DNA of 64,000 bases. Origin: Candidatus Marinacidobacterales bacterium (GTDB taxonomy: Bacteria > Acidobacteriota > Vicinamibacteria > Marinacidobacterales > DATDRI01). The notes under the pieces were generated by a model, which saw only the letters and a list, made by a program, of their open reading frames with translations, did no database searches and was not told the origin of the DNA. Below, in pieces: positions 11,073 to 22,118 of the stretch (positions are counted from its first letter, which is position 1; every line of letters starts with the position of its first letter). A program made the translations under genes and the position numbers. The stretch is from assembly GCA_965219415.1 (NCBI GenBank), contig CBDCNP010000002.1:864001-928000 (forward strand). Direction: 5' to 3'.

Positions 11073-11636
11073 CTACTTGCGGTCGTACATGGAAGGCTCG
11101 CGCGCAAAGACCCGCCGAACCATGGGCTCGAAGAATTCTAACGGCAGGCTGTCGAACGCCGGGTCGAAAGCCGGCATGTCCCACTTGTGGCAGAAGTCTA
11201 CGGCGTCCTGGTAGTAAGGATGATCGCGGTAGCGATCGCGGGCGTTGCGGTCGCCACCTTCCAAATGGGCGTAGTAATACGCCTGGAAGATTCCGTGCTG
11301 TTTGACGATCCAGTGGGTTTTCTCGGATACGTAGGGCCTTAGAACCGCCGCCGCGATCTCGCAATGGTTGTACGGTGCCAGCATGTCGCCGATGTCGTGC
11401 AGGAGCGCCGCCACCACCATCTCCTCGTCGGCTCCGTCCCGGTGCGCGCGGCTCGCTGTCTGCAGAGAGTGCTCGAACCGGTCGACTTGAAGCGGCGTGG
11501 GCTCGGATTCCAGGCTCCTGAGGTGAGCGAGTACACGGTCCGCGACACCCGCCGCGAACTTGCTCTCGACTCCCTCGATCAGTGAAATGTCCTCGGCCGT
11601 GCAATCCTCCATCTTGGCAAAGCTCACGGTTTTCAT
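11073..11636 (-). CDS. HD-domain metalloenzyme (PhnZ/MIOX-like phosphohydrolase or oxygenase)
   Basis: EHSLQTA..AALLHDIGD..NH..HGIFQ..WD..AFDP. Confidence 0.85.
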   Translation of the reverse strand: MKTVSFAKMEDCTAEDISLIEGVESKFAAGVADRVLAHLRSLESEPTPLQVDRFEHSLQTASRAHRDGADEEMVVAALLHDIGDMLAPYNHCEIAAAVLRPYVSEKTHWIVKQHGIFQAYYYAHLEGGDRNARDRYRDHPYYQDAVDFCHKWDMPAFDPAFDSLPLEFFEPMVRRVFAREPSMYDRK

Positions 11637-11653
11637 TCTTTTACCTCAAACTA

Positions 11654-11676
11654 CCTCTCTCCCCAAAGGGAGAGGG
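11654..11676. repeat. REP-like hairpin CTCTCCC-CAAA-GGGAGAG
   Basis: Inverted repeat in a divergent intergenic region; resembles the widespread CCCTCTCCC..GGGAGAGGG extragenic palindromes. Confidence 0.55.
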
Positions 11677-11762
11677 AGGAAAGGAAGAAGAGACAATTCT
11701 TGGTCGGCGTCTCCGGTTTGTCAATCGCCGACCCGAGGTTATTATGGCGGCCCGAGCCCACC

Positions 11763-13011
11763 ATGAATTACGACTGGACCCGATGGCGCGTCGTACCTCT
11801 GCTCATGGGGATCACCTTCATCAGTCATCTCAACCGGGTGAGTATGTCCGTGGCTGGCGACGAGCGGATCATGGATCAGTGCGCCATCTCCCCTACCCGG
11901 ATGGGCATGGTCTATTCCGCGTTCCTGTTCGCCTACACGCTCTGCATGACGCCGGCAGGTATCTTCGCCGATCGGTTTGGCGTTTGGCTGGCGCTAGGCC
12001 TGATGGCATTGGGAACCGCCGTTTTCGGCGCTCTGACGGGATTGCTGGGATTTGGACTGGTAGCCGGTAGCCAGTGGATTGCGCTCATAGGTCGTGCGCT
12101 CGATCATGGGAGGTTTCAACGCGCCCCTCCATCCATCGAGCGCCAGGACGGTTGCGAATTGGATACCGACTAGCCAACGCGGTACCGCGAATGGTTTTGC
12201 CGTCAGCGCCGCGGCGTTGGGCATCGCGAGCACGTACTACGTCTTCGGGACCTTGATCGATTGGGTGGACTGGCCCGCCGCGTTCCTAATAACGGGAGGA
12301 GTAACTGCCTGCCTCGGAATACTCTGGCTCGCCCTCGCCGGGGATTCACCGACCGCGCGGCGCGAGCCTCCCGCCACCACGCCAGCGACGGAACAGGGTC
12401 ATGAGAACTCCGACTGGAGTCGGCTGGTCCGGAAACCCGGACTCGCCCGTCTCACGCTTTCTTACGCCGCCGTGAACTACTTCGAGTACTTGTTCTTCTA
12501 CTGGATGCTCTACTACTTCGGCTCGGTGTTGGGCCTCGGCGTCGACAAGAGTCGGATCTACTCCACCATCGTCGGGCTCGCGATGGCGGTAGGAATGCTG
12601 TCGGGTGGTTTCCTCACCGATCGCCTCGAACGAATCTTGGGACACCGACGAGGCCGTGTCGCGGTTCCTGTCACCGGAATGATCACCGGTGCCGTCATGC
12701 TTGGCGTTGGCGTCCTGGCCAGGGATCCAATTTGGGTTGTCGTTTGGTTCAGCCTCGGCTTGGGCTCGGTCACCGCCGCCGAAGCATCATTCTGGATGAC
12801 CGCTGTCGAGCTCGGCGGAAAGAGAGGGACCACCGCGGCTGGAATACTCAACACGGGCGGGAATGTCGGCGGGATGGCGGCACCGGTCGTGACTCCGTGG
12901 GTGGGGACGGCGTTCGGCTGGCAGTGGGCTCTGGCGCTAGGTGCGTTGGTAGCGGTCCTTGGGGCGCTGCAGTGGAAGTGGATCGTCCTCGAGCAGAAAT
13001 CGGAGCCTTAG
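11763..13011 (+). pseudogene. MFS transporter (ACS/ExuT-like), frameshift near 12090
   Basis: HLNRVSMSVA, AGIFADRFG, VANWIPTSQRGTANG; two overlapping ORFs give about 12 TM helices. Confidence 0.85.
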
Positions 13012-13150
13012 CTAGGTGCCGGCTCGCTTCGCATTGGGATCGGCGGGTTGATCCAGGAGTTCTTGTAATTGGGGATCTAGTTTCGTGGAGTCGGTGCGAT
13101 TGGCATGGCCGCGCTATACTCTTTCTATGTCTGGCACCGGGGGAGCGGAA

Positions 13151-14422
13151 TCTGATCTTGTATTTCTCAGCGAACGCCTGATACGCCAGCTCGAAGCAAT
13201 CTCTCGGCGCGCGGACAACGCCGGCCCCGATCTGTCCACCGTCGCGGCCGGGGATGCCGGCGTCGATCACTGGATAGATGCCTTCCTCCAGCACTTTTCG
13301 AATGTCGATCCCGGTCGGCGTTCCTCGATACGAGAGGAACGGTATCTGGTAGTCGGTGTGCTCTCCAACCGTGATCTCATACATCGCCTTGTTGTTTTCG
13401 ACCATGGCTTCAGGGGACCCACCCTGGTAGGCCTGCAAAGCGAAAGCGGCAGCTTGCGCGAACCCGCCCAGCCCCACCGTCTCCGCCATGAGGCTCTCTC
13501 CACCCATCCAGGTGATCTCGTCTTCGGTGTGTCCGTCGAAGAGCCTGGCCTCCACCGAGGCGTGAGATCCCAGGAACCATTGATCCCCCAATCCGCTTAC
13601 CCGAATAGCGAATCCCCGGCAGTTGACCGCCATCCCGGTGACGACACTAGAGCCCTCGATCCCCCCGGCAGCATCCGCGGTTCCCTTGGCGGCGGCCATT
13701 GAAAGCCGAAGAAAGAAATAGTTGTCTTCGGTGAGCGCAGCCAGGACATCTTTAATGGTCTGCCGCGAGAACTTGCCATCATCCACTAAATCCAGCAAGT
13801 AAGGAAAGATGCGATCGGAGAACATGAAAGACGCCGCGGTATTGCGGCTATGCAGCTCGTCGCCCATGTGGAGGGCCCTTTTCATGATCGGCTTGAGCTC
13901 GATCCCGCCCGACAGGCGGACCGCCTCCCCGAGGACTGGGCCCAAAACATCCTGGATGACGCCTAATCGGCGCACTACTTCGTCGTTATAGACACCGTAG
14001 CAGAGACGGTCTTTCGTCTTGCCCTCGTAAAAATTACAGTAGCCGGTGTTCCCATACGTTCGATTCTCTACAACGAAGACCGGCATCGAGGCGGTGTAGA
14101 TCCCCGCGACCGACCCGACGCAACCGTAGTCCTGGCAACCTCCAACTTTAATCGCGCCGCTCGCGAATTTCTGGTTGGCCTCCTCGTCGCTCTGGGCCAA
14201 ACCCTCATACAACGCGCCACCGATCAGCGCCGCTCTCTGGCCCCCCATGTAGTCGCCCCACGCCATCGGCGGCCCGGATGTCAACAACGTCTCCTTGGTC
14301 ATACCGGGTACGACCTCGATGGCTTGACGAACGTCGACGAGAATCGGCTCCGACTTGCACAACCGATCGAAAGCCTCCTGATTCGCCCGGTCGGTGTCGA
14401 CGGCAGTTTCGGCCTGTGCCAT
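13151..14422 (-). CDS. DUF1116/YlbE (AllG-like) protein; stop codon apparently lost
   Basis: LLTSGPPM, ALHMGDELHSRN, FFLRLSMAAAK, PTGIDIRKV, GQIGAGV; family-like sequence ends at KYKI, then AGA lets the ORF run into the opposite MFS gene. Confidence 0.8.
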
Positions 14423-14498
14423 TAGAGTTCTCCGCGGCAACGGTTTATGATGCGGGCGATTATACATTGACTTAGCGAGCGGAGACATAACCCGAGAA

Positions 14499-15221
14499 AT
14501 GTCGGCTAATGTTGCGTTAGTCACGGGAGGCCAAGGCGGTATCGGCAAAGCCATCAACCGGCGACTGCTCGATGCCGGATACATCGTTCTCTCGGGTGAT
14601 GTCACCGTTGCTCCGACGCGCAACGGTACGAAGGAAGCAGATACTAACGTACAGCACCTCGACGTGACGTCGCTCGAAAGCGTGGAGGCAGCAGTCCAGT
14701 GCGCACTGGGGTTGGGCCCATTGACTGCGATCGTCAACTGTGCGGGCATTTTGATGGCGTCGGAGGCGGGAAGCTGGGACGATGAGAACACCAAGCGCAT
14801 GTTCGACATCAACGTCTTTGGTGCTGCGCGGGTCACCGCTTCCGCGGTTGAGCACATGAAAGACGGCGGTGCGATCGTGAACGTGAGTAGCATCAGCTGC
14901 CGACTCAACGATCAGGGCGACCTCGCCTTGTACGGAGCGACCAAGGCGGCACTCGAGAGCCTCACACGGAACAACGCCCACCAGCTCGGACCGCGTGGCA
15001 TTCGGGTAAATGCCATCGCTCCCGGGATCATCGATGTTGCAATGTCCGACGACATGCGAGAAGTCGCCTATTCTGAAAAATCACCGCTCAAGAGATGCCC
15101 TCTGGGTCGCATGGGAACGGCCGAGGAGATCGCGGAATGCGTCGAGTTCCTGCTCTCCGACCGGGCGTCCTACGTGAACGGCACCACGCTGATCGCGGAT
15201 GGCGGCATATCAGGCTACTGA
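14499..15221 (+). CDS. Short-chain dehydrogenase/reductase
   Basis: TGGQGGIG, VNCAG, YGATK, IRVNAIAPG. Confidence 0.92.
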   Translation: MSANVALVTGGQGGIGKAINRRLLDAGYIVLSGDVTVAPTRNGTKEADTNVQHLDVTSLESVEAAVQCALGLGPLTAIVNCAGILMASEAGSWDDENTKRMFDINVFGAARVTASAVEHMKDGGAIVNVSSISCRLNDQGDLALYGATKAALESLTRNNAHQLGPRGIRVNAIAPGIIDVAMSDDMREVAYSEKSPLKRCPLGRMGTAEEIAECVEFLLSDRASYVNGTTLIADGGISGY

Positions 15222-15236
15222 AGAGATCGGAGCAAT

Positions 15237-15986
15237 TTGAGCTTCGAGGGGAAAACCGCATTCGTCACGGGAGCCGGCGGGGGCATGGGTCTGGCCATTT
15301 CCCGCGAGCTCGCCGGGCGCGGGACGCACGTCTTCATGATCGATATCAAAGCACAGCCTTCGGAGGTCGCGGACTGGCAGGGCTCGTTTCACTACACTCA
15401 AGGAGACGTCACTTCGGAAGACACGGTCGCCCACTCGATGAAGGGCGCTTTCGAAAAACGAGGGCGGCTGGATTATCTAGCCAACGCCGCGGGCGTCCTA
15501 TGGTTCGGGCGAGACAAGTCCGCGGTGGAGATGGACCTCAACGTCTGGGATCAAGTGCTCGCGATAAACTTGAAGTCAATGGTACATACGGCGCGACATG
15601 CCGTCCCCCTAATGAAGAAGACGGGGGGCGGGGCGATGGTGCACATCTCGAGCATCCAGTGCCTTCGCGGGGACGATGCGCCCCAAGACGCCTATCAGGC
15701 CTCGAAGGGTGCCGTCCTGTCGCTATCGAAGTCGTTGGCGGTGCAATTTGGCCCGGACCGGATTTGATCGAACGCACTACTGCCCGGTCCGACCCTGACA
15801 CCGATGCAACGGCGCTGGGAGGGAAATGAGGAAACCCAACAGGCCATCGCGAACACTGTCCCCCTCAAACGCGTCGGTACAGCGCAGGACATGGCGAACG
15901 CCTGCGTGTTTCTTCTGTCTGAAGATGCTAGCTTCATAACTGGGACCGAGCTCATCGTCGACGGCGGCCTGATGGCAAGACCCTAG
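15237..15986 (+). pseudogene. Short-chain dehydrogenase/reductase with in-frame TGA at 15765
   Basis: TGAGGGMG, YQASK; DRI*SNALLPG continues in the same frame to [10 protein letters not shown]. Confidence 0.88.
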
Positions 15987-16002
15987 CTTCCCGAGATCGC
16001 GC

Positions 16003-18495
16003 ATGCACCCGGTCACCGCCACGCTATCCACTTTCGTACTGTTCTTGGCGCCCGGCCTACTCCTGGTCGCAGCGCTTAACGCGAGCAAGAAGACGCTAGA
16101 GCTGACCCTAGGCGAGCAGCTCTATCTCGTGATCGCAGGAAGTCTCTTGGTCTCGGGCTGGGTGGGATTGCTGGCGGCCGAGGTTGACCGTTTCTCCACC
16201 GTCACCGTGGCTACCACCGTGGGTGGTCTCGTTCTGGTCGGGGCATTGCTCGCCCGCAGGCACCTGTCACTACGCCCCGGTGCACTGGGATGGGATGAGC
16301 TGGCGGTGGTGGCATGCCTCATGAGCTTCGGCGTGGCCGTTTACTTTCCGCCTTACGAGTACATTCTCGGAGGGCGGGATCCTGGAGTCTACGTCAACAC
16401 GGGATTCCATCTCGCCCGCGAGGGTAACCTCACCTATGTCGATCCCGTCGTGCTGAGCGTTCCTGAAGAAGCGCGAGATCTCTTCTTCCGCGTCGACAAG
16501 GATCTGCCGCCCTGGAGTCAGCCGCGGTTCCTCGGCTTTCATATGGACAGCCCGGATAGCGGGCAGATATCGCCACACGGATTGCACCTCTATCCAGTGT
16601 GGATCGGAATTGCGTCGCAACTCTTCGAGATGAAGGCCGGTCTTTACGCAACGCCATTTTTCGCTTTGATGGGAGTGGCCGGCCTCTTCCTAGCGCTACG
16701 CCGTCTCTTCAACACCGAAGTCGCGCTCTGGGCATCGGGAATGATGGCCGTTTTTCAGATCCAGATCTGGTTCGCCCGCTTTCCGAACGCCGAAATCCTG
16801 GTTCAGTTTCTTTATGTCACCGGGTTGCTAGCCTTTTATTTCATGGAGGAGAAACGCTCCCGCTTGGCCGGTTTTCTCGGCGGAGTCGCCTTCGGCGCCA
16901 CACTGTTGGTGCGTATGGAGAATCTTCTCTTCCTCCTACCGCTAGGACTTTGTCTCGGCTGGCGAAGACTACGGAGAGAATTGGGCACGCCGGAGCTCGC
17001 GTTTCTGGGCGCGTTCTCTTTCATGGCGCTCCACGCCGCGCTCCACGGCCGGCTCCTCGCCTGGCCTTACGTCTCGAACGTTTTGGGTCGACATTACTGG
17101 CGCATCGTTTTCGATAACATCGCCCTGTTCGTTTTGGCGGCGGTGGTGGTTTTCTTCCTCATCGACCGGCTGGGAACGAAGGCGGCCTCGCACATCGCCC
17201 CACTGACCGAGAGCAAGACAGCGCGCATCACCGCCGCGATGTCGGTCTTTGCGCTGGCACTCTACGCGTATTTTATCCGTCCCACTTGGCATGGCCCGCG
17301 CACCGCACCGCATGATGCCGAGGCGTTTCTGCGCATGGGTTGGTACCTCTACCCGGTGGGACTCGCACTGGTCGTGGCGGGCGCGATGCTTCTCCTGGCG
17401 CACAGCAAACGGCGGCAAACTCTTTTCGTTCTCATCGGCCTGACGTTCTCGCTTTTCTTTTTCTACAAGGTCCGTGTCTGGCACGATCACTACTTCGCGA
17501 TGCGGCGATTCATACCAGTAATCCTACCTACGTTTTTCGCCTGCATCGGAGTTTTCCTGATCAGTTTGCGGGATGCGAAGGGGTGGATTGGGAGTTGGGC
17601 ACCGCGCGTCATAGGATCGCTCCTGCTGTTTTCCTACTTTGCCGCCGGCCGACCCCTTTGGGGGCACGAGGAGTTCCCCGGTAGCCTCAATTTCGTAAGG
17701 GAGCTCGCCCGGCACATCGGCGATCGTGACGTCGTCATCTTTCCTCGCAAGGAGGGTCTACACCTTCTGGAACTTCCGCTTTCACAGCTCGAGGGGAAGA
17801 ACGTCCTGGAGTTCTACGGACTGAAGCCAGACCGCGGTGCGCTCGAGGGCCTGATCGCAAAATGGCGAGATGAGTACGAGGATATCTACTTCGTTACCAA
17901 CTACAAGATCTCACTCTCCGGGCTATTCACCCAACACGTCAAGGACTTCGCCCTCGGCACACAGCACTACGAGTTCGCTTACACGCACCCACCGACCGGA
18001 CCGAGACCCTTCCATCTGCGATTCACGTTATCCAAAGCGGTCGATGTCGAGGAGCTGGCGGAGCGGATGCCCAAGCTCGATGTGATCGATGTCGGCGGCA
18101 GCGACGAGCTACTGGTGGCGTGGTTCTTCGAAAAAGAGCTCGGACCGGACGGGATCAGCTACCGATGGAGCCAGAGGACATCGAGCATCTTCATCCCATC
18201 GCTCGGTGCGGACAGCAGCGAAATCCTCGTTAGGATTGCCGGGCCCGAGGAAAAAGAGGCGCCTCTATATCCCGTGTCCGTTTCCATAGATGAGCACAAC
18301 TTGGGTACGTTCCATCCAACGCGGCAGTTTCAAACGTATAGCTTGGAGCTGCCGTCCGAACTGGCGGCCAACCGCGACGGCTCCTATGCGATCCTGCGAT
18401 TGGACACCAAGACCTGGAGGCCGTCCAACTGGATTCCAGGGGCATCCGACATCCGCGATCTAGGCGTGAGGGTCGACTGGATCGAAGTTCGCTAA
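16003..18495 (+). CDS. GT-C/ArnT-PMT-like polytopic glycosyltransferase with C-terminal beta-sandwich domain
   Basis: About 13 TM helices, GRDPGVY loop, WFARFPNAE, MRRFIPV; soluble C-terminus ending DIRDLGVRVDWI. Confidence 0.75.
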   Translation: MHPVTATLSTFVLFLAPGLLLVAALNASKKTLELTLGEQLYLVIAGSLLVSGWVGLLAAEVDRFSTVTVATTVGGLVLVGALLARRHLSLRPGALGWDELAVVACLMSFGVAVYFPPYEYILGGRDPGVYVNTGFHLAREGNLTYVDPVVLSVPEEARDLFFRVDKDLPPWSQPRFLGFHMDSPDSGQISPHGLHLYPVWIGIASQLFEMKAGLYATPFFALMGVAGLFLALRRLFNTEVALWASGMMAVFQIQIWFARFPNAEILVQFLYVTGLLAFYFMEEKRSRLAGFLGGVAFGATLLVRMENLLFLLPLGLCLGWRRLRRELGTPELAFLGAFSFMALHAALHGRLLAWPYVSNVLGRHYWRIVFDNIALFVLAAVVVFFLIDRLGTKAASHIAPLTESKTARITAAMSVFALALYAYFIRPTWHGPRTAPHDAEAFLRMGWYLYPVGLALVVAGAMLLLAHSKRRQTLFVLIGLTFSLFFFYKVRVWHDHYFAMRRFIPVILPTFFACIGVFLISLRDAKGWIGSWAPRVIGSLLLFSYFAAGRPLWGHEEFPGSLNFVRELARHIGDRDVVIFPRKEGLHLLELPLSQLEGKNVLEFYGLKPDRGALEGLIAKWRDEYEDIYFVTNYKISLSGLFTQHVKDFALGTQHYEFAYTHPPTGPRPFHLRFTLSKAVDVEELAERMPKLDVIDVGGSDELLVAWFFEKELGPDGISYRWSQRTSSIFIPSLGADSSEILVRIAGPEEKEAPLYPVSVSIDEHNLGTFHPTRQFQTYSLELPSELAANRDGSYAILRLDTKTWRPSNWIPGASDIRDLGVRVDWIEVR

Positions 18496-18496
18496 G

Positions 18497-20450
18497 CTAC
18501 CGCAGATAGCCAAGCGCCCGTAGTTTCTCCTCGAGTGACTCGTCGATCCTCGCCGGCACCGAAGCTCGCGTCAAACTTCTCGAGTGGGTGAGAAGCCTCG
18601 CCAGAAAAGATGCTGGAAGGGGACGCTCAGGCACCAGGTTTCGGGACTCCGCTCCATCCGAGGCGAGATCGAAAACCTGGAGCGGCGGTCGCGGCCGATC
18701 GAACGAGAGATACCGAATGAGCTTTTGGTCTCGGTAGACGACGCTCTCCAGCTCGCGTCCATCCAGATTGAGGTAGCCCACTACTGGGGGGTTTGTCTGC
18801 CTGCTCCAAAGACTTCGCCCATGAAGAGCGCTGGTTGACTCCTCGCCAACGTGTTGCATCAAGGTCGGTAACAGATCGACGTGCTGAGCGATGTCCTGAC
18901 GCCGAACGCCGACGTCATGCCCTCCCGGCCATTTCACGATGAGTGGGATTTCAAGCTGCTCCCGGTAGAGCGTCTTGCCATGGCGCCACCAACCGTGGTC
19001 GTCGAACTCTTCGCCGTGGTCGGAGACGAGCACGATAAGGGTCGATTCGTACAGCCCGACACGTTTCAACCGGTCCAGCAGCTCGCCGAAGTGTTGATCG
19101 TTGAACGCGATCTCCGAATCATACAGTTCCATCAACCGAGCGTGGATCTCGGCAGAAGAATCGATTCGCCCATCCTCGAGGGCCGTCATGAATGCCACCG
19201 TGCCGATCCCTTCCGCCGGCTCTGCTTGGGAAACTCCAGAAAGATAGGGATCATGGGGATCCATCGAATGCATATAAAGGAAAAAGGGCTCGGCCCGGCT
19301 GCGGTTCTCAAGCCACTCGATGGCACGACGATTGAGTGCATCCGACCGGACGTAGCCTCGTTGCGGGTCTTCCTCGACAAGGAGCTCGTACGTCTCGAAC
19401 CCTTGATCGAAACCAAATGCCGGCGCGAGGTTCGGGTTGGTAACGAAACCGGCTGTCGCGTATCCCAATCGGTCCAGCCGCTCAGCCAGCGTGTCGATTC
19501 CCGGAGGCAAGGCATCGGTGCGCCGGTTGGCGGCGTGCGCACGCGGCAGAAGCCCCGACATGATCGAAGCCACCGATGACTTGGTCCAAGACGACTGCGC
19601 ATAGGCCGTCTCGAAGAGCGTCGCCTGCTCCGCGAAGGCGTCGATCCGCGGCGTCGGACTCGAAAAACCGTAACAACCCAAATGGTCCGCACGCAGTGTG
19701 TCGATGACATAGAGCAGAATGTTCGGCCGCTTGGACGGGCGGGGACCGGTTTCACTCGACTTCGGCCACGACGCAGAACGAATAGCCGGCCGCAGCAGAC
19801 GAATCCCGGCATCGCCCCCAGGTGCTCCCGGCACTCCGCGGGCCTGAAAGGACAAGACCAGACGCTGTGATGATGCTACCGATATCGGAAGGTCCACATG
19901 CCCGGGGATTTCGAAGTGCTCCACCGTCCGAGCGTCCATTGTTTGAACGGTGACCTGAAGGTCGGTCGCTTCCGCTTCCTCGCCGTCGTCCCAAAACCGC
20001 ACGCTTTCGATCACCAACGAGCTCTCAGCGGGGACATCCAATTGGTATTCGAGTCGCAGATGGTTTGGAAGCATCACCGATGCACTCTGCCCATCGCCTC
20101 TGGCGAACGGCGTGCGGGAGGGCGTCATTTCCCCGATGCGAAGCCAATCCCAACCAACGGCAAGACCGCGATCGTCAGTGGCGCCGGGAAGCACTTCACT
20201 GGGCGAGCGATGGTGGGCGTACGCGAGCTCGAGCTGGTTGGTGCCAGAAACCAAAACCTCCGCGCCGACCTTCACCCGATACTCGCGGGCCGTCCTTCCG
20301 AGCTCCAGGCCACCGACCTCGTGGCCATTGATCCGCAGAGTCACTTTCTGGAAAGGTGCGCCCTGATACGAAAAGGGCCAGCAACGAAAAGCCAGGGAAA
20401 GTGCGCGTGGCTCGGCGAGAAAGAAGTGCAAAGACGACCTCTCCCATCCG
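18497..20450 (-). CDS. Sulfatase-like (AlkP superfamily) hydrolase/transferase, 5'-truncated
   Basis: RPNILLYVIDTLRADHLG, SSWTKSSVASIMSG, HSMDPHDPY, SDHGEEF..HG, KLRALGYL; no start or signal peptide because it is joined to the methyltransferase tail. Confidence 0.8.
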
Positions 20451-21521
20451 CTTTCCCAACCGGAAGGCAATGCAGAATGCTAGGTGACGCAAAGAGTCTG
20501 CTCATCCACTGCCCCGCATAGGCCCAACTGAGGTCGACCACCAGGGCGATGATAGTCGCAACCAAGATGATGAGCACCACACTTTGGAAGTAGGCATCGT
20601 CCACCCGTACATCATCCTGTCCACTTCGGCCTCCTTGGTGGAGAATTCTTCCCCGACCCGTTCGTCCAAAACAGTCCCGTCGTCTCCGGCGAGACTGCGC
20701 ATCGCTTCGAGACCCCCCACCGGGCGAGACATGTCATGGATGCATTCGAACGCGGTCACTAAATCGTAGCGACCGGCGAGTTGCGGATCCGCGGCATCGC
20801 GGACATGAAACCGCACGCGATCGGAGAGACCGGCCTCCCGCGCGTTTGCACGGGCAATCTCGACCGACGCCTCGTCCAGATCGGACCCATCCACCTGTAC
20901 TTGCGGATAGCTCTGCGCAATGCCGATCGCCGACCACCCGGCACCGCAGCCGACATCGGCGACCCGCGCCGAGGGGTCTGATCCCAAGCGCTGGTGTACG
21001 TCGGCGATTGCCGGTAACCAAACCTTCCCGAGCTCTTGCAAAAACATCGTACGGTTGATGCCTTCCTGCCCCTTCACCAAGTCGGCACCGTAGTCTGCGT
21101 ACGGGACGCCGCCGCCCTTGCGATACGCATCGAGCACTTGGCTTTGGCTTATTGGGCTAACCGCACCGACCAAGAGCTGCGGAAGGGGCGCCAAGTAGTT
21201 CAAGCTCTCGCGATCGACGAGAACCTCGGCATGTGCCTCCGGAAGCCGGAACCGCCGCGCGCTCGCCGCCGATTTCTCGTCATCAACATCGAGGATTCCC
21301 GTGACTGCCTGCTGCTCGAGCCACTCGCGGGTGTAACGCTCGTGTGTGCCGGTTTGAGAGGCAAGCTCGGCGGAAGTCGATGGCCCTGCCTCGGCGAGGG
21401 ACTCGTATAGCCCCAGCCGCGCGCCAATATAGGCGCTGAAAATATCGAAAGTGCCCCGCACCGATTCGAGCAATCGTTCGATGAACGCTTCTCGTTTACC
21501 GGGGAGGTCCGAGTCTGCCAT
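20445..21521 (-). pseudogene. Rv2258c-like SAM-dependent methyltransferase (wHTH + MTase), interrupted and 3'-truncated
   Basis: ELASQTGTHERYTREWL, VADVGCGAG, FECIHDM; MYGW|SILHCLPVG is split by a 119-bp insert and ends at GKADG. Confidence 0.85.
20482..20600 (-). other. 119-bp insert resembling a LysE/RhtB-type membrane protein fragment
   Basis: Reads DAYFQSVVLIILVATIIALVVDLSWAYAGQWMSRLF; removing it restores TGG AGC ATT (W-S-I) in the methyltransferase. Confidence 0.6.
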
Positions 21522-21531
21522 GGCCGTCTCC

Positions 21532-22032
21532 TCAATCTATTCGCTGGCGTTTCCAAAAAACGTAATCCGTACCGGCCGGCTTCCCTCCCAAGGTCCGGAC
21601 CAGAGTGCCTATTTGCCCTCGATGATACCAAGAGTGCCCGAAGAGCTGCGTCAGAAGATCCTCGACGGTATTTCGATACCGTTGCCCCTCCAAGCTCCGA
21701 TAGTCGAACTCCCGTGCCAGCTCGGTCGAATCCAGCCGGCTCAGGTACGCCGTCCAAGCGATATGCATCTCGTCAACGAGCGACTCCAACTCCTCGAGCG
21801 CTACGTCACCTGGAAAGAGCTCGGGTGGAGCACTCTGGGTCACGCCGAAACGATTGAGCCATAGCCAACGCGCCGCAACGATATGGCCCACCAGCTCCAA
21901 GGCTTTTTGGAACTGCGGCGCGTCGCGATGAGTGGCGGGCACGGAGTGCAACGACCGCAGCACTTTTTCGTGGGCCCGGGCCTCGTAATCGAACCAGCTC
22001 CGGTACCGATCACAGAGCGTGTCTGTTGACAT
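21532..22032 (-). CDS. DinB family protein
   Basis: VGHIVAARWLW and GHSWYHRGQ His ligands. Confidence 0.88.
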   Translation of the reverse strand: MSTDTLCDRYRSWFDYEARAHEKVLRSLHSVPATHRDAPQFQKALELVGHIVAARWLWLNRFGVTQSAPPELFPGDVALEELESLVDEMHIAWTAYLSRLDSTELAREFDYRSLEGQRYRNTVEDLLTQLFGHSWYHRGQIGTLVRTLGGKPAGTDYVFWKRQRID

Positions 22033-22118
22033 CTAGCCCCTCCCGATTCGCAATTTTCGCCTACTCTACCACGCCGCCCAACGTCAGAGAGAAGGTACAA
22101 TTCAGCCTTGATTTGAAT

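Noticed and set aside
12848-14908. 686-aa ORF as a single protein
   Set aside because: Its N-terminal 162 aa are the antisense of an SDR and its tail overlaps the MFS gene; only 13151-14422 is family-like
21590-21602. GGTCCGGACC as another palindrome-family copy
   Set aside because: Only 10 bp, inside the DinB coding sequence, and lacks the ACTC/GAGT arms
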